Of a stretch of 16,934 nucleotides of DNA, positions 1 through 6,473 are shown piece after piece (within the stretch, counting starts at the first letter, position 1; each line of letters begins with the position of its first letter). The notes beneath the pieces are model-generated. The model made no database searches and was not told the origin of the DNA. It saw nothing but the letters and a program-made list of their open reading frames with translations. This DNA is from Candidatus Sumerlaeia bacterium (GTDB taxonomy: Bacteria > Sumerlaeota > Sumerlaeia > SLMS01), in the NCBI GenBank assembly GCA_038208905.1, contig JBBQYG010000082.1, forward strand, positions 1 through 16,934. Reading direction: 5' to 3'. A program made the position numbers and the translations under genes.

Positions 1-78
1 GTGGAGTGCATGGAGATTGTCCTCGCGGCGATGCAGGATTCCATCAAGCGCCACGACGCCGCCAAGGCCAAGCCGTAG
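1..78 (+). CDS. 3' end of an unidentified CDS entering from the left edge (partial)
   Basis: Frame 1 is open from base 1 and reads VECMEIVLAAMQDSIKRHDAAKAKP to TAG at 76-78, with strongly G/C-ending codons like the other real genes here. Too short to assign a function. Confidence 0.55.
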   Translation: MECMEIVLAAMQDSIKRHDAAKAKP

Positions 79-253
79 CCCGGATTTCCCACAAGCCTTT
101 GGCTCCTGCATCGAACCATCCCGCATACTGCGGTTTCCCTCCGTCTCGCCGACGCCGATGCGCCCCGGCACGCGGCGCGCCGACTCGTCGGCGGAACGAC
201 CTGATTTTGCGGGCGCTTAATCGCCTCGCCCGAAAGTTTATGAGAAACCCGGG

Positions 254-1642
254 CTAGCGCTTCGGGCGCTTGACTATACGCTTGGCCTTTGCCTCGCCCT
301 CCCCCAGCTCCTTCTTCGCGCGCCTCGCCCCTCCCCCTTCGCCCCGCTTGACCGCGACTCTTCCCTTCTTCTCCTCCCTGCTCCCTTCGCCCTCATCCCT
401 CCCTTTTCCGCCCTTCCCGCCTTTTCCCTTTTCATCCCTCATCCCTTCTCCCTCGTCCCTCTTCTTTCCCCTTTTCCCGTCTTTCCCCTTCTTCTCCTCA
501 GCCTTCTCCACCACCTCATCCTCTTCCTTTTTCGCTGGCTTCCACTTGCCGAGCCCCTTCATGTAGTCCTCAAGTTCCGCCGGCAGGGGCTCCTCGAAGG
601 TCATGCGCTCGTTCGTCGCGGGATGGACGAAGGATAGCCGCGTGGCGTGAAGGGCGATGCGTCGCGGCAACTTGGCCGGTTGCGCCACGGTCAACTGCCC
701 CAGGCGAACGAGCGCCAGCGCCTCCTTCCAAGGTGAATCCTCGCCGCGGGGCTTCAGTTTCCCCTTGGCCACACGATCAAGCACGTTCTCGGCGAGCCGC
801 AGATAATGATCGTCGCCGAGCACCGGGTGGCCTGCCTCCGCGCAGTGGATGCGGATTTGGTGTGTGCGTCCCGTCTCCAATTGAAGGCGCAGCAGCGTCG
901 CGTTCTCGAAGACCTTCTCCACCTTGTAGCGCGTCTCGGCGTACTGAACCTTGGAGGAGGATGGCGCGGTGCGGCTTCCCTCGGCCAGCGACTGTCTGAT
1001 GTTCCCCTTGCCGTAGCCCATGTAGCTCTTCCACGTCCCCTTCTGCTCGGTGAAAGTCCCCGCCACGATGGCAAGGTAGTCGCGCTTGAGGCGGCGCGGG
1101 GGGCGAAGCTGAAGCTGAAGCTGGCGCGACGCCTCCACGTTCTTGGCGATCACCAGCAGGCCGCTCGTTTCGAAGTCCAGGCGCTGAACCAGAATCGGAT
1201 TCGTGCCGCGATCTCCCTTTGCCTTCCAGTAGTGCTTCAGCAGTTCCACCAGCGGAACGGCGCGCGTTCCCTTGTCGTTCTCGGGCTCGTCGCTGGGCTG
1301 CACCAACATGAAGGGGCGCTTGGCCACGACGACGACGTGGTCGTCGTCATGGCGGACGTTCATGCGCTCGTGGAGGTGCGGGTGCTTGGACTTCCCTTGG
1401 CCGTGCAGCCCGTGGCGCAGATCCACCGTCACCGGCGAGCCCGTCGGAACGATGAAGTCCGCATTGATCCACGGCTCGGCCTCGTCCGCCGACGACACAA
1501 GGCCGTTGGTGATGACCAGCAGAGCGCCGCGCGATCCGAGATCGGGGAGCACCAGGCGCAGGACTTCCTTCAGGCGCTTGCCCTCCCACGCGGGATCGTG
1601 CTCGAAGCGATGCAGCTTTTGCGGAATGCTGGAAGGAGGCAT
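254..1642 (-). CDS. RluA/RluD-family RNA pseudouridine synthase with degenerate N-terminal S4-like region and a Lys/Gly/Glu-rich C-terminal tail
   Basis: Motifs VVVVAKR..MLVQP, VQRLDFETSGLLVIAK (catalytic Asp), L.L.TGRTHQIRIH, GHPVLGD..Y and IALHATRLSFVHP. N-terminal GKRLKEVL resembles the RluD/RluC S4 start. Confidence 0.93.
   Translation of the reverse strand: MPPSSIPQKLHRFEHDPAWEGKRLKEVLRLVLPDLGSRGALLVITNGLVSSADEAEPWINADFIVPTGSPVTVDLRHGLHGQGKSKHPHLHERMNVRHDDDHVVVVAKRPFMLVQPSDEPENDKGTRAVPLVELLKHYWKAKGDRGTNPILVQRLDFETSGLLVIAKNVEASRQLQLQLRPPRRLKRDYLAIVAGTFTEQKGTWKSYMGYGKGNIRQSLAEGSRTAPSSSKVQYAETRYKVEKVFENATLLRLQLETGRTHQIRIHCAEAGHPVLGDDHYLRLAENVLDRVAKGKLKPRGEDSPWKEALALVRLGQLTVAQPAKLPRRIALHATRLSFVHPATNERMTFEEPLPAELEDYMKGLGKWKPAKKEEDEVVEKAEEKKGKDGKRGKKRDEGEGMRDEKGKGGKGGKGRDEGEGSREEKKGRVAVKRGEGGGARRAKKELGEGEAKAKRIVKRPKR
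370..460. repeat. Two degenerate 31-nt purine/pyrimidine repeat copies (60-nt period) inside the pseudouridine synthase tail
   Basis: 430-460 tttcatccctcatcccttctccctcgtccct and 370-400 tctcctccctgctcccttcgccctcatccct are 25/31 identical. They encode RDEGEGMRDEK and RDEGEGSREEK on the minus strand. Confidence 0.75.
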
Positions 1643-1716
1643 GAATGTCCAATGAACCGATCAGGAGTATTACAACGAATCGCACAACCTTAGTCACAGG
1701 AACGACGAGGCCGACA

Positions 1717-1747
1717 TTTCATCCCTCATCCCTCCCACCTCATCCCT
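1717..1747. repeat. Intergenic copy of the same TCATCCC/GGGATGA repeat, immediately after the mnmA stop codon
   Basis: tttcatccctcatccctcccacctcatccct is 27/31 identical to 430-460 (first 17 nt identical) and contains three TCATCCCT units. Confidence 0.8.
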
Positions 1748-2870
1748 ACACTTTCGTCCCCGCTTCAATCCAACCGCCGCCCAACATGCGATCCTCGGCG
1801 TCATAGAGCACCACTGCCTGCCCGGGACTGACGGCCTGCTGGAGTTCGTCGAACTGTATAGACACGCTGCCATCACTGGCTGGCGTCGCGAGGGCTGCGG
1901 CGGGCGTGTGGCGGTGGCGAATCTGGGCAAAGCAGCGCCTTGGCTCGGAGAGGCCTTCGATTCCCATCCAATTCATGTCCTTCGCAACCAGCCCGCTGAA
2001 CATCACGTCGCCTCGGTGGCCGAGGATGATGTTCTGCCCCTCGGGATCAATCGCCACAACGTAGAGGGGCTCGCCCCCCGCCACGCCGAGGCCGCGGCGC
2101 TGGCCCACGGTATAGAACGCGATCCCCTCGTGCTCGCCGAGCACATCGCCCCGTGTGGAGACGAACTTCCCGCGCGGCATCGCGACACCGCGCTCGGCGA
2201 ACTGGCGGCGGAGGAATCCACGATAGTCGTTGGAGGGGATGAAGCAAATCTCCTGGGACTCCGGCTTATCGGCCGTGGGGATGGCAGCCTCGCGGGCGAG
2301 GGCGCGGACTTCCACCTTGGTGAGTTCGCCGAGGGGAAGTTCAAGGCGCTCGACCTGATCCTGTCTCAGGGCAAAGAGGTAGTAGGTCTGGTCCTTGTTG
2401 CTGTCCCTTGCGCGGGCAAGGGTCCAGCGCCCGGTCTCCTCGACGAATGCCTTCCGTGAGTAGTGGCCCGTGGCAATGCGGGCGCATCCCCAGAGATCGG
2501 CTTTTTCCAGCAGGAGCCCAAGCTTCACATGGCTGTTGCAGAGCACGCAGGGATTCGGCGTGCGGCCATTCGTATATGCAACGATGAACGGATCGATCAC
2601 GTCGCGCTGGAAATCGGGCTCCACATCGAGAACGTAGAAGGGAAAATCGCCCTGCTCCGCACAGGCGCGGGCGTCGCGGGCATCGGTCGGAGAACAGCAG
2701 GTCTTGATGCGCGCGCCCAGGGCCAGCTCCTCGCGGGAAAGGCGGTGCGTGCGCATGTTGACGCCCACGATTTCGTGGCCACGGTCGAGGAGTATCCGGG
2801 CGGCCAGCGAGGAGTCCACCCCGCCGCTCATCGCCACGAGGATCTTCTCTCGCTGGGCCACTTCGTTCAT
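1746..2870 (-). CDS. mnmA: tRNA 2-thiouridine(34) synthase MnmA
   Basis: PP-loop AMSGGVDSS, TCCS, GRTPNPCVLCN, IATGHY, KDQTYYL, ESQEICF, YTVGQRRGLG and PGQAVVLY motifs. ATGA overlap with the upstream gene's stop at 2867-2870. Confidence 0.97.
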   Translation of the reverse strand: MNEVAQREKILVAMSGGVDSSLAARILLDRGHEIVGVNMRTHRLSREELALGARIKTCCSPTDARDARACAEQGDFPFYVLDVEPDFQRDVIDPFIVAYTNGRTPNPCVLCNSHVKLGLLLEKADLWGCARIATGHYSRKAFVEETGRWTLARARDSNKDQTYYLFALRQDQVERLELPLGELTKVEVRALAREAAIPTADKPESQEICFIPSNDYRGFLRRQFAERGVAMPRGKFVSTRGDVLGEHEGIAFYTVGQRRGLGVAGGEPLYVVAIDPEGQNIILGHRGDVMFSGLVAKDMNWMGIEGLSEPRRCFAQIRHRHTPAAALATPASDGSVSIQFDELQQAVSPGQAVVLYDAEDRMLGGGWIEAGTKV

Positions 2871-3985
2871 CGGCTGATCTTCTTGATGTCTTCGTCGCTG
2901 CCGATGCGAATTTCCGTCGGCTCGGTCAGCGGCTTGGGAGTTGCGACGGCGGGAAGGGGCTTGGCTTCCCAGCTATACTCGGGGTCCCCCGCAGAGCCAC
3001 CGCGCGCGTCGGTCTTGGTGTTGCCGTCGGGCAGGCGCGTGATCACGAAGGAGTCCATGCGCTTGATGCTCATGACGCCATCGGCCTGCTGCTGGCGGAC
3101 GGTCGGGTTGACGGAGAGCGTAATCACGTCCTTGGCAAGGTCATAGAGCATGCGACCGCAGTCGCTCTCGATCTGGTCCTGCTTGATATACACGTTGTGA
3201 AGGGCTTCCACGAGTTCCTTCTTGCTGTCGTACTCCAGCTCGTCGGCGCGCAGGTCCATGTCCTCGCTCTTCAGAAGCACGGAACCCACGGCGCGGAACT
3301 GGCCGAAACCACCGCCGTTCGCCGTGGTCAGCAGCAGGGCGGGAGGGGTGGAACCCTTGGGGCGCGTGCGGATGCGGACGTTGTTCCCGAGGCCCGCGAA
3401 TCCAGACGCCTTGGCGGGCGCCGCGTTGGAGCCCTGCTTAGCGTCCGGTGTTGCGGCTTTCTCGGGGGTTTTGAACTCGGCGTTGATCTCCTCCGAGCCA
3501 CCCTTCATCCGGATCTCGTTTCCACCCGTAGGGAGCGTCTTGATCGTGATCTCGTCCATGCCCTCGAAGAGCGCGGAACTTCCCTCGGCGATTTGCTCGA
3601 CCCGGGGATTGCCGATCATCCGGATTTCTTCCTTCTCGAAGTCGTAGAAGAACTGGTCCGCGGTCGCCTTCACGTCGGGCCGGTCGATCTTCACGTTCCC
3701 CTTGGCGGAGAGAATGCGGTCCTCGCCCTTGAAGCTCATCGAGTCGGCGTCGAGGTTCAGCTTCGGGCTGCGGAGGATCACGTTCCCCTCCCAGTCCGAC
3801 CGGATCACGGCGCCGTCCTTGCCGGTGATCATCTCGATGCTCTTGGCCTTGAGGCTCATGGATTCGCCGGGTCCAGCGAGTGACTGGAAGGCGGAGGGCG
3901 GCGGTTGAGCCGGAGACAGCGATGTGGCGGCGCAAAGCGCGGCAATGGCCAGCAGGCGCGCGGTGCGCGCGGAAATCGAAATCAT
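2867..3985 (-). CDS. LptA/OstA-family beta-jellyroll periplasmic protein with two tandem domains (372 aa)
   Basis: Start placed at ATG 3985 (ATGA overlap with the upstream stop). Signal peptide MISISARTARLLAIAALCAATSLSPA. OstA-type strands GNVILRS..LDADSM, AKGNVKI, ATADQFFYD..EEIRMIGNPRVEQ occur twice. Lies downstream of LptC-like and lipid A acyltransferase genes. Confidence 0.82.
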   Translation of the reverse strand: MISISARTARLLAIAALCAATSLSPAQPPPSAFQSLAGPGESMSLKAKSIEMITGKDGAVIRSDWEGNVILRSPKLNLDADSMSFKGEDRILSAKGNVKIDRPDVKATADQFFYDFEKEEIRMIGNPRVEQIAEGSSALFEGMDEITIKTLPTGGNEIRMKGGSEEINAEFKTPEKAATPDAKQGSNAAPAKASGFAGLGNNVRIRTRPKGSTPPALLLTTANGGGFGQFRAVGSVLLKSEDMDLRADELEYDSKKELVEALHNVYIKQDQIESDCGRMLYDLAKDVITLSVNPTVRQQQADGVMSIKRMDSFVITRLPDGNTKTDARGGSAGDPEYSWEAKPLPAVATPKPLTEPTEIRIGSDEDIKKISR

Positions 3986-4626
3986 GGGGTAGGTTCCTTT
4001 CCTTCCACCTCCAGCGACGCGGGTTCCTTGTCGTCGCCGAAGTAGTTCCATCGTGTGAAGTCCTGATTGATGATCGCGCACGATCCCTCAAGCCGGAGCG
4101 TGGTTCCATCGGGAAGATTCATGGTCTGCTGGAAGTCCTCGGGCAGGACGTAGTGCTTGTAGCTTTCGGACCAAAGAAGCTTCGTGGACCGAAGCGCCCC
4201 CGAAGAGCCAAGCGTTGCGATGTCCTTGCGGCTTTGCGAGACAAGCAGGATGTCGCCCACGCGGCCAAGGCGGGAGAAATCGCGGGAGATCGCAAGAACC
4301 TCGGCCTGTGTCGGAGTCGGCGCTTCGGTGCCCTTCGGCAGGTCGAGAGTCCCCTCCCCGCCGATCACGATGAAGCCCTGATCGCCACTGGCTACCGCGC
4401 TCTTGCCGTCCTCGAAGCTCATCTGCAACTCGATGGCGTCCGTCAGCACTTGGCGCCCATCCTCGCTGAGACGGGCGCGGGCGGCCTGGGCCTTCTGGAC
4501 GACACGGGGGCCGGATGTGGAAACCATCGTGACTCCCTCCATCTCGATCGCGGGGGCCGCGAGGGGGAGGATCAGGAAGGAAAGGGCAGCGTATCGGAGC
4601 GCTTTTGCCATCGCTTGTGCATCCAT
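3982..4626 (-). CDS. LptC-like exported beta-rich protein (alternative start ATG 4611)
   Basis: N-terminal hydrophobic stretch YAALSFLILPLAAPA, then LptC-like patterns MEGVTMV...AQAARA, AVASGDQG, LRSTKLLWS and LRLEG. Position directly upstream of an LptA-like gene matches the conserved lptC-lptA order. Confidence 0.6.
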   Translation of the reverse strand: MDAQAMAKALRYAALSFLILPLAAPAIEMEGVTMVSTSGPRVVQKAQAARARLSEDGRQVLTDAIELQMSFEDGKSAVASGDQGFIVIGGEGTLDLPKGTEAPTPTQAEVLAISRDFSRLGRVGDILLVSQSRKDIATLGSSGALRSTKLLWSESYKHYVLPEDFQQTMNLPDGTTLRLEGSCAIINQDFTRWNYFGDDKEPASLEVEGKEPTP

Positions 4627-5474
4627 AGGTATTGCTGGGGGTGGCGGCGGATAGCGGCTTCGATCCGACCGGTGTACTCGGCGGCGACCACCGCCTCCTG
4701 CCTGAAACGCTCCCCGCGATCGCGCGAGTAGCTAGGAATCTCCATCGGATCGTCGCATTCCAGCGAGAACCGCCCGGCGCCTTCCCTCAGGGCAAAGAGG
4801 GTGTTGCCGACTGCGCCACTTTGCAAGGCCAACTTGGCGGGCGCCAGCAACGTATGGGCTCCGCGACCAAAGAAGGGGACCTCGACTCCGGGCCCCTTTA
4901 GGCTGTGATCAACGAACATGACCAAAACTCCTCCGGCGCGCAGGTGGCGGAGCGTTGCCGATCCCGCCTCTCCTCTAAGGACTACTTGAACGTTCCCCGA
5001 CTGCCGCCGCGCGCTCATGTGCTCCTGCAGTCCCGCGATCTTGGACGGGGCCGCCACCGCCATCAGCGGCATCCCGCAGTTGGTCGAGAGCCATCGGCCA
5101 AAGAGTTCCGGCGTCCCCAGATGTGCGGTATAGATGATCAGGCCACGCCCCCGTTCCCGGGCCAGCTCCAGCGTGCGGCGCCAGTTCTCCTCGTTCGCGA
5201 AGCGCACCCGCCCGTTGTCGGCCTGATCCTTCCAAGAGGAAACCCAAAGCGATTCGCAGAGGAAAGATCCGAGGGCCGAGTAGGACTCCCGCGCCAACGC
5301 GGCGCGCTGGGCCGAATCCATCGTCCCATCGGGGAATGCGATGCGGAGGTGGTTCTCCACGCGGCGGCGACGCTTGCCGGGCAGCATCGCGACCGCGCGC
5401 CCGAGCGCCGCCCCCAACGTCTGGGCACGTTCCAGCGGCAGGCGCGGCACGGCCCACGCCACCGCGCCAATCAT
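4572..5474 (-). CDS. LpxL/HtrB-family lysophospholipid (lipid A late) acyltransferase; start uncertain, may lie further upstream
   Basis: ENHLRIAFPD, catalytic HxxxxE in TAHLGTPE, MFVDH, VPFFGRGAHT, and C-terminal IEAAIRRHPQQYLWMHKRW. The first in-frame ATG downstream of the apt stop is 5474. Confidence 0.88.
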   Translation of the reverse strand: MIGAVAWAVPRLPLERAQTLGAALGRAVAMLPGKRRRRVENHLRIAFPDGTMDSAQRAALARESYSALGSFLCESLWVSSWKDQADNGRVRFANEENWRRTLELARERGRGLIIYTAHLGTPELFGRWLSTNCGMPLMAVAAPSKIAGLQEHMSARRQSGNVQVVLRGEAGSATLRHLRAGGVLVMFVDHSLKGPGVEVPFFGRGAHTLLAPAKLALQSGAVGNTLFALREGAGRFSLECDDPMEIPSYSRDRGERFRQEAVVAAEYTGRIEAAIRRHPQQYLWMHKRWQKRSDTLPFPS

Positions 5475-5547
5475 CGCGACCAGCGCCCGGTCCCTTGCGT
5501 CGGTCCATAGGCCGCGACTGGGAACCTCCGCGACGGCATTGGGCTCG

Positions 5548-6069
5548 CTATTCGGAATTGACCACGGCCTCCGCGTGGATGGCGTAGGGCCCCAACTTGT
5601 CGCGTCCAGAAAGAAATCCAAGCTCGATGAGCACCCATATCTCTGCCACCGAGGCACCGAGGGCCTCCACGAGTTCGCACGATGCCTTCAGCGTTCCGCC
5701 CGTTGCGAGCAAGTCGTCCACGATGAGGACCTTCTCGCCCTTGCCGAGGGAGTCGCGATGGATCTCCACCGTGGCCTGGCCGTACTCGAGGTCATAGGAG
5801 CGCTGAATCGTGTCGGCGGGGAGCTTTCCCACCTTGCGGATGGGGACGAATCCCAGCTCCAGCCGGTCCGCCAGCGCCGCCCCAAAGATAAAGCCGCGTG
5901 ATTCCACGCCCACGATCTTCGTGATGCCGGCGCCGCGATAGCGCTTCTCCATGCCGTCGATCACCGCCCGAAACGCGGCCCCATCGGCGATCAGCGTCGT
6001 GATGTCCTTGAACTGGATCCCCGGCTTGGGGAAGTCCGGCACGTTGCGCACCTTCAGCAGAATGTCCAT
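5548..6069 (-). CDS. apt: Adenine phosphoribosyltransferase
   Basis: VPDFPKPGIQFKDITTL, GVESRGFIFG, IRKVGKLP, YDLEYG, and PRPP motif VLIVDDLLATGGT. RBS AAGGGA upstream. Confidence 0.98.
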   Translation of the reverse strand: MDILLKVRNVPDFPKPGIQFKDITTLIADGAAFRAVIDGMEKRYRGAGITKIVGVESRGFIFGAALADRLELGFVPIRKVGKLPADTIQRSYDLEYGQATVEIHRDSLGKGEKVLIVDDLLATGGTLKASCELVEALGASVAEIWVLIELGFLSGRDKLGPYAIHAEAVVNSE

Positions 6070-6191
6070 TCGTGGTCCCTTATCGGTACATTTTTCTCCC
6101 GGATAGTCTTCCGGGCGGAGCCCCGGGCCTTCAAGGGAAAGCGGCCACTCGGCCTTGCAAACGGCATCCCGGGCGTGGAGAAAATCCCGCC

Positions 6192-6473
6192 ATGCACATC
6201 CTGCTTATCGAGTATGATCTGTACCTGCCAAGCGCCCACTCTCTGAAGGAGAAGCGTTCCATCGTGAAGCGGATCCTGAACGAGGTGCGCCGCGACTTCA
6301 ACGTGTCGATCTCCGAGGTCGAGCATCTGGACCTGTGGCAGAGCTGCGGTCTTGCGGTCGTGTGCGTCGGAAACTTGAAAGCGGCGCTCGAAAACATCGA
6401 GCGCCGCATCACGGAAAGAATCGAGTCCAACGAAGTCGCTCAGCTGAGCGGAATGCGGACCCAGTGGCTGTGA
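6192..6473 (+). CDS. DUF503 / YlxP-like protein (93 aa)
   Basis: LYLPSAHSLKEKRSIVK....FNVSISEVEHLDLWQ..GLAVVCV is the typical DUF503 pattern. GGAG at 6177-6180 precedes ATG 6192. Confidence 0.9.
   Translation: MHILLIEYDLYLPSAHSLKEKRSIVKRILNEVRRDFNVSISEVEHLDLWQSCGLAVVCVGNLKAALENIERRITERIESNEVAQLSGMRTQWL

Noticed and set aside
121-235. GC-rich inverted repeats (147-154/186-193 and 210-215/227-232) between convergent genes as a terminator or sRNA
   Set aside because: Stems are short or interrupted with no clear U-tract, as expected by chance at this GC content.
806-1693. Long plus-strand ORF (295 aa) and similar antisense ORFs such as 1908-2459, 2463-3146, 3197-3883, 3880-4731, 6960-7781, 8938-10527 and 10688-11290
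   Set aside because: They lie antisense to motif-supported genes. Such shadow ORFs are expected from high-GC codon bias and show no recognisable motifs.
370-1747. Possible CRISPR repeats
   Set aside because: Only three degenerate, low-complexity, non-palindromic copies with irregular spacing, and no cas genes in the window.
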